NCBI GenBank assembly: GCA_036338595.1
Contig: JAYZBV010000071.1
Span: forward strand, 1 to 64,000
Direction of reading: 5' to 3'
Length of the DNA stretch: 64,000 nt
Origin: Planctomycetota bacterium
Lineage (GTDB): Bacteria > Planctomycetota > UBA8108 > UBA1146
Shown here: positions 39,776 through 49,288 of the stretch, piece by piece
Layout: each line of letters opens with the position of its first letter
How positions within the stretch are numbered: the first letter of the stretch is position 1
Made by a program: the position numbers and the translations under genes
The notes under the pieces: model-generated
Databases searched by the model: none
Told to the model about the DNA's origin: nothing
Seen by the model: only the letters and a program-made list of their open reading frames with translations

Positions 39776-40753
39776 TTGTCAGAGCAGATCACCTACCTCG
39801 AAGCGCTCAGAAAGGCTCTCGAGCACTCCCTCGAGGACGACCCACGCGTGGTGCTTCTGGGGGAGGACATCGGCACATATGGCGGTGCCTTCAAGTTGAC
39901 CCAGGGTTTCTTGCAGCGCTTTGGTCCAGATCGGATCATCGACACCCCCATCGTCGAAACGGGCCTTGTAGGAGCAGCGATCGGCTCGGGAATGGCTGGG
40001 CTCAGACCCATCGTGGAGATGCAGTTCATCGATTTCATCTCTTGCGCGTACAACCAGTTGACCAATTTTGCAGCCACCTGCCATTTTCGTTGGGGGCAAC
40101 CGGTACCGATCGTCATTCGCGGACCATCCGGTGGAGGCGTCCATGCCGGCCCCTTCCATAGCCAGATGGTGGAATCCTTCTTCCTCAACACTCCTGGATT
40201 GAAGGTCGTGGTTCCCTCCACCGTTTCCGATGCCTATACGATGCTGCTGGGAGCTATTGAAGATCCAGATCCCGTGATCTTCCTCGAACAGAAAGCTCTC
40301 TATCGGACACTCAAGGACACCCTGGATGAAACCGCTGCACCGGTACCGCCCGGTGTTGCTGCACTGCGGCGAGAAGGTGACCACATTTCCATCTTCACCT
40401 GGGGAGCGATGCTGCATCGTTGTAACGCAGCCGCCGACCGCGCAGAAGAAGATGGAATCCAGTGCGAGATTCTTGACCTCAGATCGCTGTGCCCACTCGA
40501 CCTGGATGCGATCTATAAAAGCGCAAGGAAAACAGGCAAGGTTCTCATCGTCCACGAGGACAATCTCACAGGGGGAGCCGGAGCGGAGATCTCGGCTCGG
40601 ATCGCGGAACATTGCTTCGAGGACCTCGATGCTCCGGTTCGTAGACTCGCCGCTCTCGATATTCCCATCCCTTACGCTGCCTCGCTCGAGGATGCTTCGT
40701 TACCAGGAGAAGACGACATACTCGAGGCGGTGCGCTCCCTCGCCAGCTGGTAG
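39776..40753 (+). CDS. 2-oxoacid dehydrogenase E1 beta subunit (stand-alone)
   Basis: LGEDIG, DTPIVE, EMQFIDF, GPFHSQ, DLRSLCPLD; TTG 39776 follows the lpdA stop. Confidence 0.93.
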   Translation: MSEQITYLEALRKALEHSLEDDPRVVLLGEDIGTYGGAFKLTQGFLQRFGPDRIIDTPIVETGLVGAAIGSGMAGLRPIVEMQFIDFISCAYNQLTNFAATCHFRWGQPVPIVIRGPSGGGVHAGPFHSQMVESFFLNTPGLKVVVPSTVSDAYTMLLGAIEDPDPVIFLEQKALYRTLKDTLDETAAPVPPGVAALRREGDHISIFTWGAMLHRCNAAADRAEEDGIQCEILDLRSLCPLDLDAIYKSARKTGKVLIVHEDNLTGGAGAEISARIAEHCFEDLDAPVRRLAALDIPIPYAASLEDASLPGEDDILEAVRSLASW

Positions 40754-40967
40754 CGGCCATTCCAGAGGACCGGATGTGCCGTCACCTCGAAGCCCTGACC
40801 ATCGAGGCGATGCGGCTCGTTCCCGTCCGAGGTCAGGATCTGGATGATGACCGCCGTCGTGCTGTGGATCCTTCCCCCTCTGCGTCAGTGGAAATCCCCG
40901 AACAGGCGCCTTCTCGCCTTTCAGAGGCCCTCACGCCACGGGGTTCACTTCATCGAACCTCACTTCC

Positions 40968-41001
40968 CGTGTAGACTTCTCAATCGTGTAGACTTCTCAA
41001 T
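40968..41001. repeat. Perfect 17-bp tandem duplication (CGTGTAGACTTCTCAAT x2)
   Basis: Units at 40968-40984 and 40985-41001, 45 nt upstream of the E2 start. Confidence 0.9.
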
Positions 41002-41046
41002 TCCGTGGCGTGGGGCCACGCTCCCTCAGTAGGAGGAACTACGCCG

Positions 41047-42795
41047 ATGGCAATCGAAGTCACGATGCCTCAGATGGGGGAATCCATCGCCGAAGGCACT
41101 CTGACCCGCTGGTTCAAAAAACCTGGCGACAAGGTGGTCAGAGATGAGCCGCTGTTCGAAATCTCCACCGACAAGGTCGATGCAGAGGTTCCTGCACCTG
41201 CAGATGGTGTGCTGGAGAAGGTGCTGGTCGAGGAGGGTAGCACCGTCGAGGTCAATACCATCGTCGCTCTGCTCAGCGACGGATCCGATGTCGCCATCGA
41301 CGAGACGGCGGATGCCAGCGACATCGTGAATCCAGTCGAAGAGATCCCCCCGCAGCCCGCCTCGGATCTCACACAGGAAGCAGAGCCAGAAGTAGCGATG
41401 GAACAGGCACCCTCGGCAGAGCCTGCCGTGGCGGCGGTTGAAACTGCTGCGGTAGGTGGCGCCGAGTTGATCGATGTTCCGATGCCACAGATGGGTGAGT
41501 CGATTGCCGAGGGAACCTTGACTCGATGGTTCAAGAAGCCCGGCGACAGCATCTCTCGAGACGAACCGCTCTTCGAGATCTCCACCGACAAGGTGGATGC
41601 AGAGGTCCCCTCCCCTTCAGATGGCGTGCTTGCGGAGGTTCTGGTTGCAGAGGGATCCACCGTCGAGGTCAACACCATCGTGGCCCGGATCGGATCGGGT
41701 GCGACTGCGCCCACTTCGCCGACCACTCCGGTCCCACCCCCTGTAGCCTCGTCCGCCGATGCTGCCTCACAGAGCCCTCCGGATACACCCTCCTCAGCGA
41801 GTGAAGTCGTCGCCACACAGACCCCTGCTGTGGCGATTCCGTCACCAGCAACGGCCTCGGCCAATGGAGATGCACGTAGCGTGCGCTCTTCTCCGCTCGT
41901 GCGGAAGATCGCAAGGGAACACGGTATCTCGGATCTCTCGGTCATCACGGGAACTGGCGCCGGTGGCCGGGTGACGAAGGGTGATATCCTGGGCTTCATC
42001 AGTGATCCATCGGCACCCCAGGTCAAAAAGGTGCAACAGGATGATGCCGCTGGATTGCCGGCAGCGGGTCAACCGGCGACTCGCTCTACCACTCCTGGGG
42101 GAGTCACCGTCGAGAAGATGTCGGTGATGCGTCGAAAGATCGCCGAGCACATGATCGACTCGCGCCGCACCTCGGCTCATGTGCACTCGGTCTTCGAGGC
42201 TGACATGACAGAGATCGTCTCGATGCGAGCTCGCAAGAAAACCGAATTCCTGAACGCCAATGGTACCAAACTCACCGTCATGCCCTTCTTCATCAAGGCT
42301 TGTAGCGATGCGCTTCGGATCTTTCCTCATGTCAACGCATCCATCGATGGAGATGAGATTCTGGTCCACCACTCCGTCAACATCGGCATCGCCGTGGCAC
42401 TCGATAACGGCCTGATCGTCCCCGTCATCAAGGATGTTCAGGACCTTTCCATCTCGGGGATCCAGAAATCAGTCACCGACCTTGCAAGTCGCGCACGGGG
42501 CAAGCAACTGCTTCCCGATGAGGTCACCGGCGGCACCTTCACCATCACTAACCCCGGACAGTTCGGAGGCCTCTTCGGCATTCCGATCATCAATCAGCCC
42601 CAGGTGGCGATCCTCGGGATCGGTGGAATCGAGAAGCGTCCAGTTGTCGTCGATGAAGACAAGATCGCGATCCGAGACATGACATACATGTGCCTTTCCT
42701 ATGACCACAGGCTCGTCGATGGGGCCATTGCGGATCAGTTCATGGCCCAGGTGAAGAAGAACCTCGAGAACTTCGAGGAATACTCGCTGGTATAG
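41047..42795 (+). CDS. 2-oxoacid dehydrogenase E2 acyltransferase with two lipoyl domains
   Basis: Two near-identical lipoyl domains (EISTDKVDAEVP), E3-binding SPLVRKIA..GTGAGGRVTKGD, catalytic YDHRLVDG; AGGAGG SD. Confidence 0.95.
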   Translation: MAIEVTMPQMGESIAEGTLTRWFKKPGDKVVRDEPLFEISTDKVDAEVPAPADGVLEKVLVEEGSTVEVNTIVALLSDGSDVAIDETADASDIVNPVEEIPPQPASDLTQEAEPEVAMEQAPSAEPAVAAVETAAVGGAELIDVPMPQMGESIAEGTLTRWFKKPGDSISRDEPLFEISTDKVDAEVPSPSDGVLAEVLVAEGSTVEVNTIVARIGSGATAPTSPTTPVPPPVASSADAASQSPPDTPSSASEVVATQTPAVAIPSPATASANGDARSVRSSPLVRKIAREHGISDLSVITGTGAGGRVTKGDILGFISDPSAPQVKKVQQDDAAGLPAAGQPATRSTTPGGVTVEKMSVMRRKIAEHMIDSRRTSAHVHSVFEADMTEIVSMRARKKTEFLNANGTKLTVMPFFIKACSDALRIFPHVNASIDGDEILVHHSVNIGIAVALDNGLIVPVIKDVQDLSISGIQKSVTDLASRARGKQLLPDEVTGGTFTITNPGQFGGLFGIPIINQPQVAILGIGGIEKRPVVVDEDKIAIRDMTYMCLSYDHRLVDGAIADQFMAQVKKNLENFEEYSLV

Positions 42796-42797
42796 TC

Positions 42798-43481
42798 ATG
42801 GATGTCAGTGGTTCGCAATCAGTGGTGCTGCAGCCGGTCGCGGTCCAACATCTCGGGCCCAGAGCTTTCGAGGATGCCCATCAACAGATGCTGAAATTGC
42901 AGGGTCAGTTGGCCGATTCTCGATCAGATGCGGTGGAAACCCTGATGCTGTTCGAGCCCTCTCCCGTGATCACTCTCGGCAGCAAGAGTTCTGACATCGA
43001 CTTGCTCGCGGATGAGGAGACCTTGAGGGCGCGGGGAGTGGCGATCCAATCGGTCGACCGCGGTGGCCACACTACCTATCACGGACCTGGCCAGTTGATC
43101 GCCTATCCAGTGCTTCGCCTGATGCCACAGGAGCGCGATCTGCACCTTCTGCTTCGGGCACTGGAAATTGCCATCGTCAGAACTCTCGAGCAGTGGGGCA
43201 TCGAATCCAGAACGGATTCCGATCACACAGGGGTCTGGGTCCAGCACAGGAAGATTGCCTCCATCGGGATGAGCGTTCGTCGCTGGGTCACCGGTCACGG
43301 ATCGTCGCTTTGCATCTCTGGCGACCTGTCGCCGTTTCGCTGGATCGTTCCGTGCGGGATCCACGACTGCCCCTTCACTTCCATGGAGCAGGAACTGGGC
43401 ACAGCACCTCGTTTCGATGAGGTGGAAACCGCGCTCTCTTCAAACCTACTCGAGGTCTTCAACAGAAAGGCCTCCTCATGA
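42798..43481 (+). CDS. lipB: Octanoyltransferase LipB
   Basis: DRGGHTTYHGPGQL, GVWV..KIASIG, IVPCG. Confidence 0.93.
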   Translation: MDVSGSQSVVLQPVAVQHLGPRAFEDAHQQMLKLQGQLADSRSDAVETLMLFEPSPVITLGSKSSDIDLLADEETLRARGVAIQSVDRGGHTTYHGPGQLIAYPVLRLMPQERDLHLLLRALEIAIVRTLEQWGIESRTDSDHTGVWVQHRKIASIGMSVRRWVTGHGSSLCISGDLSPFRWIVPCGIHDCPFTSMEQELGTAPRFDEVETALSSNLLEVFNRKASS

Positions 43482-44359
43482 GTACCGATGAAGGTCTCCG
43501 GCAGAACAAGCCCACCGCCCCACTTCAAAGACCACCATGGATCAGGGTTTCCGTGCCCGAGAAGGATTCCCTGGAGCGAGTAGGGAGCCTGATGAAGAGC
43601 GGCGGGCTGCACACCGTCTGTCAGGAAGCTCACTGCCCCAACATCTACGAGTGCTGGCAGATGGGTACCGCCACATTCTTGATTCTGGGGGAAGTCTGCA
43701 CACGAAAGTGTGGATTCTGTGCCGTGAGTAAAGGTCGTCCATCTCCCGTCGATGAGGATGAGCCGCTTCAACTCGCTGAAGCGGCTGCTCAGCTTGAATT
43801 GAAACACGTCGTGATCACCAGCGTCGATCGCGACGATCTTCCGGATGGAGGAGCTGGTCAGTTCGCGTTGTGCCTCGAGGCACTACGCAAAAAAGCCCCT
43901 ACCGTCACCACGGAGATCCTGGTGCCCGACTTCCGACCTGACCCTCAACGCGGACTCGACATCGTACTCGAGGCAAACCCCACCATTTTTTCCCACAATG
44001 TCGAGACGGTCAGAAGGCTCTACCCGGCGGCACGACCTGGTTCCGATTACGACCATTCCATCTCATTACTGCGAGATGCCTCCCGGCGGATCGGCCCCGA
44101 TAGAGTCAAGTCGAGCCTCATCCTCGGGCTGGGAGAAAGAGAGGATGAGATCCGGGAGACGATCCAGGATCTCCACGAAGCGGGAATACGGCGGCTCAAC
44201 ATGGGGCAGTACCTGGCTCCGTCGAGACGCCATATCCCGGTGAAGCGCTACTGGACTCCTCAGGAGTTTCAGGATCTCGGTCAGTTTGCTCGCGAGATGG
44301 GTTTCATCCGGGTCGAATCGGCGCCGCTGGTCCGTTCCTCCTATCACGCCAGCGTTTGA
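43478..44359 (+). CDS. lipA: Lipoyl synthase
   Basis: CQEAHCPNIYEC, CTRKCGFC, VRSSY. Confidence 0.97.
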   Translation: MSTDEGLRQNKPTAPLQRPPWIRVSVPEKDSLERVGSLMKSGGLHTVCQEAHCPNIYECWQMGTATFLILGEVCTRKCGFCAVSKGRPSPVDEDEPLQLAEAAAQLELKHVVITSVDRDDLPDGGAGQFALCLEALRKKAPTVTTEILVPDFRPDPQRGLDIVLEANPTIFSHNVETVRRLYPAARPGSDYDHSISLLRDASRRIGPDRVKSSLILGLGEREDEIRETIQDLHEAGIRRLNMGQYLAPSRRHIPVKRYWTPQEFQDLGQFAREMGFIRVESAPLVRSSYHASV

Positions 44360-44440
44360 CCCCGACCATCGACGGTGGCACCATGCCCACCCGGTCAAGG
44401 GTGGAGGGCACAACAGCGGTCCACTTCCTCACTCACCAGG

Positions 44441-45520
44441 ATGGAGTTGAGTTTGCCGATCCAGATCATCTCCATCGATGGGGAACATGCTGCTGAAGAG
44501 GAGATCCAGCGAGCGTCCGATGCCCTCTCCAACGATGAACTGGTAATTTTCCCCACCGAAACGGTGTACGGAATCGGTGCCAACGCCACTTCGGAAGTGG
44601 CCAGGAGCAGGCTTCAGGAGGCCAAGGGGCGCGACCCCGACAAACCGATGACGCTTCACATCTCGGACCTCGATCAGCTCAGCGCCTGGATTCAAGAACC
44701 AGGCGCGCACGCCGAGCGAATGATGAACGCCTTCTGGCCTGGACCGCTCACGATCGTATTTCCGGTCGGCGATGAAGGCCTGGGTGTCCGGTTGCCCTCC
44801 CATCCCATCGCTCAGCAGTTGATTCGAAAGTGCGGTCCGATCGTGGCCACCAGTGCCAATCTCAGTGGTGACCCCGCCAGCACCGATGCGGCAGCTGCGA
44901 TCGCAGCGATCGGGGACCATGCAACCATCGCACTCGACTCGGGTCCTTCTCCGCTGGGAGAATCGTCAACGGTGATCCGGCTCTCGCAGGGCGGCGAATT
45001 CGAGGTGTTGAGAGAAGGCTTGATCTCTGCCTCGATGATTCGAAAGGCGGTCCGCGGCTTTCGATCGATATTATTCGTTTGCACCGGCAATACCTGTCGC
45101 AGTCCGATGGCTCAGACGATCTGCCAGGATCTGCTGGCAAAACATCTCGATTGCTCCATCGATGACCTCAAGGATCGAGGATTCCATGTTCACAGTTCGG
45201 GAATCGCTTCTGGAGGGGGACTCGCAACGGAGCAAGCGCGCCTGACGATGGGGAAGATGGGGCTGTCCGTGGATGATCATCACTCCCGACAGCTCGCCAG
45301 TGAAGACGTCGAGGATGCAGATCTCATCATCGCCCTCTCCAGGTCACACATGGATGTGATTCGTAGTCACTTCCCCGAGGCGGCTAACCGTGTTCACCTG
45401 ATCAACGATACAGGTATCAGTGATCCCATCGGAGGCGGCGAAGATGTATACAGACGATGCGCTGAAGAGATCAAACTCGCCCTGGAAAACCGATGGATGA
45501 AAGGAATCATCTCGAAATGA
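44441..45520 (+). CDS. tsaC: TsaC/YrdC threonylcarbamoyl-AMP synthase fused to a low-molecular-weight (YwlE-like) protein phosphatase
   Basis: PTETVYGI, KGR..KP, FWPGPLT, TSANLSG, then LFVCTGNTCRSPMA and ISDPIGG. Confidence 0.9.
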   Translation: MELSLPIQIISIDGEHAAEEEIQRASDALSNDELVIFPTETVYGIGANATSEVARSRLQEAKGRDPDKPMTLHISDLDQLSAWIQEPGAHAERMMNAFWPGPLTIVFPVGDEGLGVRLPSHPIAQQLIRKCGPIVATSANLSGDPASTDAAAAIAAIGDHATIALDSGPSPLGESSTVIRLSQGGEFEVLREGLISASMIRKAVRGFRSILFVCTGNTCRSPMAQTICQDLLAKHLDCSIDDLKDRGFHVHSSGIASGGGLATEQARLTMGKMGLSVDDHHSRQLASEDVEDADLIIALSRSHMDVIRSHFPEAANRVHLINDTGISDPIGGGEDVYRRCAEEIKLALENRWMKGIISK

Positions 45521-45963
45521 AAGCGATCATTGGCTCGGACCACGCCGGCATCTCGGGAAGAAAAGAAGCGGCACGAGTGTTCCTGGAACGAGGCTGGGAA
45601 GTACAGGAAAAGGGACCTGAAGGGGATTCCGAGAAGGCGGATTACCCCGATATCGCTCACCTCATCGCCCAGTCTGTCACCTCGGGTGAATCGATGTTTG
45701 GTGTGCTGGTCTGCGGCACCGGGCAAGGAATGGCGATGACCGCTAACCGCTACCAGGGTGCAAGAGCTGCAGTGATCACCGATACATTCACCGCCGAGAT
45801 GTCGAGAGCCCATAATGATGCCAACATCGCATGTTTTGGCGAACGCGTGGTTGGCGCCGCTGCCGTCGCCGATCTCCTGGGCACCTTTCTCGATACCCCA
45901 TTCGAGGAGGGTCGTCACCTGAAGAGGGTCGACAAGATCGACAAGGTCACTGGCGAGGCGTGA
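45517..45963 (+). CDS. rpiB: Ribose-5-phosphate isomerase B
   Basis: GSDHAG, DYPD, CGTGQG, RAHNDAN, FEEGRH; ATGA overlap. Confidence 0.95.
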   Translation: MKAIIGSDHAGISGRKEAARVFLERGWEVQEKGPEGDSEKADYPDIAHLIAQSVTSGESMFGVLVCGTGQGMAMTANRYQGARAAVITDTFTAEMSRAHNDANIACFGERVVGAAAVADLLGTFLDTPFEEGRHLKRVDKIDKVTGEA

Positions 45964-45989
45964 TCACAACTTGTACTTGGCATCAGAAG

Positions 45990-46043
45990 AAACATCCCGT
46001 GCCTGCTCACCGCGATGCGGCAGCGGACACGGGATGCTGTTTC
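45990..46043. terminator. Hairpin between convergent genes, possible bidirectional terminator
   Basis: CATCCCGTG (45993-46001) / CACGGGATG (46028-46036), flanked by GAAA and TGTTTC. Confidence 0.5.
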
Positions 46044-46062
46044 ATCGCTATTAATTTCCGGG

Positions 46063-47943
46063 TCAGGGAGATGTAGTACTCTCGGGATCCTGCTCGGCGT
46101 TCTGAATCAGATCATCACGAGGAACCGCTGGGCCCTCATCCTGAAAGACCTTGATGTCTGCGGCAGCCATCCGATCGATCTCGTAGGCATCGAGGAGAGC
46201 CTGCTGCTTGGCACGTATTAGCCTGTTCTCGGTTCCTATTCGAAGCACATCGAACAGTTCCATGTCTGGCGCCTCGATGCCTTTGAGGCGGATGACGTAC
46301 CCTGATACTGCCAGATCGCTCGTCACGGGGCCAACCACATCGCCTTGCTCTTCAATCATGAAGGCATCGGCGATCACCTCTACCCTGGCATCGATCACAC
46401 GATTATCGATCTTCAGGTTGAAGGACTGACTGCGAGAAACGGGCTCCATTTCATGAATCGTGAGGTTCAGATCCTGAGCCATTTCTTCTAGTGTCACCTC
46501 TTCATCTCGAACTCTTTGCAACCAAACCTCGACACCCTCCGCCATCAATTTCTTGGCCTGTGTCTCTTCCGAAACCTTCAGCGCATCTTCTATCGCCTCA
46601 TCAAAAGTCATCGTTCGCTCCGGTAGCATCTCGATGACGCGGATGATGAACTTGCCCTGGCTATTCTCTGCGATCGAATCGTAGAGATCACCCGGCTTTA
46701 CTGACCCTGGTAAAGCTCGCTCTTGCAGAAAGAAAGTCGCATAGGCAGCTGGATTCTTGACCTCGTCATCGAGCAAGCTCACTTCTCGCTGCACGAACGG
46801 AGCTAGTTGACGGATCTGGATGTACTCCAGCCCATCGGGGAAGGCCTGCTCCATCGGAACAGATTCACCCAGGTCCTTCATCGCATTGAGTTGGTCGAGA
46901 GCATCCTGGAGCAATCTTGCTTCTTCTACCGTCGCATGGTCCCGCGTCACTGCCCGCACCACAGCATCGAATACATCGATCAGTGGACGGTAGTCGTCCT
47001 CGGGAGTTGCGTCCTCCGGGGCAACATAGTTCTCGGGGCGGCGAACCCTCCAGAGAGTGTCCTTGTCCTTCTCGTAACGGGCCTCAACTTCTTCCGCCGT
47101 TGGCTCGTAGGAGGTCAACCGCTGGAGGGCTGCCCGGTCGATGCGCGCCACCTCGACCGACAATCGATTCTGGAGCACGAAACGTTCCGGATTTTCGTTG
47201 TAGGTCGCCTCGATATCATCCGGGGTGACCAGTTCCCTGGCCTCCTCCATGTACATCTCTATCGGCACCTGGATCAGATCGAGCACCCGACGTTCGTTCT
47301 GGGTCGAGTACTCGTCGAAGATCTCCTTCTCGGTCACCACTGCTGCAGACACGACCGACCTGACCAGTTCCTGAATCCTCAGGCTACCGATGACCGTCTC
47401 CTCGAACTCCTTTTTAGACATCTTGATGCCGAAGTTCGGACTCTTGAGGGCCTCGGTGTAGGTCGCCATATCGATGCGGGCAATTGGCCTCATGCTATTG
47501 AAGTCGGGAAGACGCTCCTGATATGTTCCGGTCCAGCCAGAGAGTTCCATGACTCGAAACCAGGTCGTGATATCGAGGACCGCTTCACGAACTGCGTCCG
47601 TCTTGGACTGATCGCTGGGTTCGATCCCTATTCGAGCGATCTCATCCTCGAACACCAGTTGCTTGAGCACATCCGGAGTCTTGGCCAGGCGGAAGCGATC
47701 AAATCGGGCAGCCTGCCAGCCAAAGCGGCAGACATTCGTGAGCCACAGAGACTTCGAAAGTTCTTGGCGTGTTTCCTCGAACTTGTCCCGGCTCACTGTT
47801 TCACCGTTGATCTCGTAGTAAGCCACGGCTGAGTTCCCGAACCACCAGCTGACGAGGCCAGTGGCGGCAAATGTGGGGGCAATCAGAATCAACAACAGGG
47901 TCATGACGACCCTCTCGTTACGCTTGAAAAAGCCAGTCGACAT
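46063..47943 (-). CDS. PpiD/SurA-like membrane-anchored periplasmic chaperone
   Basis: N-terminal TM, EINGETVS, VTEKEIFDEY..ERR, VTPDDIEATYNENPERF patterns typical of PpiD-like proteins. Confidence 0.7.
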   Translation of the reverse strand: MSTGFFKRNERVVMTLLLILIAPTFAATGLVSWWFGNSAVAYYEINGETVSRDKFEETRQELSKSLWLTNVCRFGWQAARFDRFRLAKTPDVLKQLVFEDEIARIGIEPSDQSKTDAVREAVLDITTWFRVMELSGWTGTYQERLPDFNSMRPIARIDMATYTEALKSPNFGIKMSKKEFEETVIGSLRIQELVRSVVSAAVVTEKEIFDEYSTQNERRVLDLIQVPIEMYMEEARELVTPDDIEATYNENPERFVLQNRLSVEVARIDRAALQRLTSYEPTAEEVEARYEKDKDTLWRVRRPENYVAPEDATPEDDYRPLIDVFDAVVRAVTRDHATVEEARLLQDALDQLNAMKDLGESVPMEQAFPDGLEYIQIRQLAPFVQREVSLLDDEVKNPAAYATFFLQERALPGSVKPGDLYDSIAENSQGKFIIRVIEMLPERTMTFDEAIEDALKVSEETQAKKLMAEGVEVWLQRVRDEEVTLEEMAQDLNLTIHEMEPVSRSQSFNLKIDNRVIDARVEVIADAFMIEEQGDVVGPVTSDLAVSGYVIRLKGIEAPDMELFDVLRIGTENRLIRAKQQALLDAYEIDRMAAADIKVFQDEGPAVPRDDLIQNAEQDPESTTSP

Positions 47944-48127
47944 CGATGGGACCTACCTCTCGGGTAGAACTGTCTGGACCATCTCGAGTAGTCACTATGA
48001 ACTGAACAGAATCAGGGATTCTAGGACTCGATGGCTTGGTCTGCAACGAGACGATGACACCGAAATCCCTCCTCTACCACAGGATACGATGGGACTCCGG
48101 GTCAGGCACCAGCCCTGCAGCACCCCA

Positions 48128-48820
48128 TCATTGGCTCTTGGGCACGATTTCCAGTAGCTCGACGTCAAAAATCAGCGTCGCCCCCCCCGGGATGGTAGGA
48201 GGACGCCCCTGGGGGCCATATCCAAGCGATGAAGGGATGATCAATTTCCTCGTCCCCCCCACCTTCATCGAGCCGACCCCCTCGGTCCAGCCGGAGATCA
48301 CTCGATTGAGCGGAAATGTGGCTGGCTGACCCCGATCGACACTGCTGTCGAACTTGGAGCCATCATTGAGGTAACCGGTGTAGTGAACCGTGACGCTGCT
48401 GGTCGCATCCGGTGGGCTCTCGCCGGTCCCCTCGACGATGTCGATGTAGTGAAGGCCAGTGGTGGTGATTTGCATCTCACCTGTTGCCTTCTGTCCGGGG
48501 AACCGAGGAATCACGACCCTTTCGACGACGGTACCATCACCCTGGAGCACGATTCGCTCGACCTTTTCGGGAGTGACCGTCTCCACTTCGATCACGATAC
48601 TGGCATTGCCGTGCTTGATCGTGGCATTTCGAGCGATTCCACCGGTGACTTCCACGGCTCTCGCCACCGCTTCCTGAAGAGTCACCTCGGACCTGGAGAG
48701 AACTTCATGGAGGTCCTTGGGTGCTGGCGGAATCGATTGGTAATCATTCATCATCGTTGCTGTGGCCACTCCTGCGAGGAGAACCACTACCATTACCATG
48801 ATAGCTTCTCTGTTTCTCAT
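48128..48820 (-). CDS. FKBP-type peptidyl-prolyl isomerase with N-terminal PepSY-like domain
   Basis: Signal peptide; VTLQEAVARA segment; VHYTGYL..FDSS, VISGWTEG, IPSSLGYG, TLIFDVELL. Confidence 0.92.
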   Translation of the reverse strand: MRNREAIMVMVVVLLAGVATATMMNDYQSIPPAPKDLHEVLSRSEVTLQEAVARAVEVTGGIARNATIKHGNASIVIEVETVTPEKVERIVLQGDGTVVERVVIPRFPGQKATGEMQITTTGLHYIDIVEGTGESPPDATSSVTVHYTGYLNDGSKFDSSVDRGQPATFPLNRVISGWTEGVGSMKVGGTRKLIIPSSLGYGPQGRPPTIPGGATLIFDVELLEIVPKSQ

Positions 48821-48841
48821 CCTGTTTTCCTCTCGGGATAC

Positions 48842-49288
48842 TCAACATGCCTCATCGATGGCTCGGTTGGCGAGCGCATCGCATCGTTCGTTTTGCTCCT
48901 GGCCCGCATGGCCCTCTACCCATTCCCAATGAATTTCTCGGGTCCCATCTACGGCTACCAGTTGTTTCCAGATGTCATCGTTCAATACTGGCTTTCCATC
49001 GGATTTTCGCCAGTTCCTGCGCTTCCAGCCAGAGATCCATTCGCTCATCCCCTTCACCACATACTGCGAGTCGCTGTAGAGTGTCGCCTGCGACCCTTCC
49101 GGTATCGATCTTAACGCCTCCAGCGCCGCGGTGAGTTCCATACGGTTATTGGTGGTGGATGCGTCATGATCGTAACAGACTTCCTCGATACCATCTTGGC
49201 CCAGGACGATGTAGGCCCAGCCTCCGGGGCCCGGATTGCCTCTGCAGGCCCCATCTGTCCAGATCTGATAGCCTCCCTCGGTCGTCAT
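48842..49288 (-). CDS. rnhA: Ribonuclease HI
   Basis: TDGACRGNPGPGG, TTNNRMEL, SDSQYV, WVEGHAG..NERCD. Confidence 0.97.
   Translation of the reverse strand: MTTEGGYQIWTDGACRGNPGPGGWAYIVLGQDGIEEVCYDHDASTTNNRMELTAALEALRSIPEGSQATLYSDSQYVVKGMSEWISGWKRRNWRKSDGKPVLNDDIWKQLVAVDGTREIHWEWVEGHAGQEQNERCDALANRAIDEAC

Noticed and set aside
41050..41690. Long direct DNA repeat suggesting a duplication or mobile element
   Set aside because: It is the two lipoyl domains of E2.
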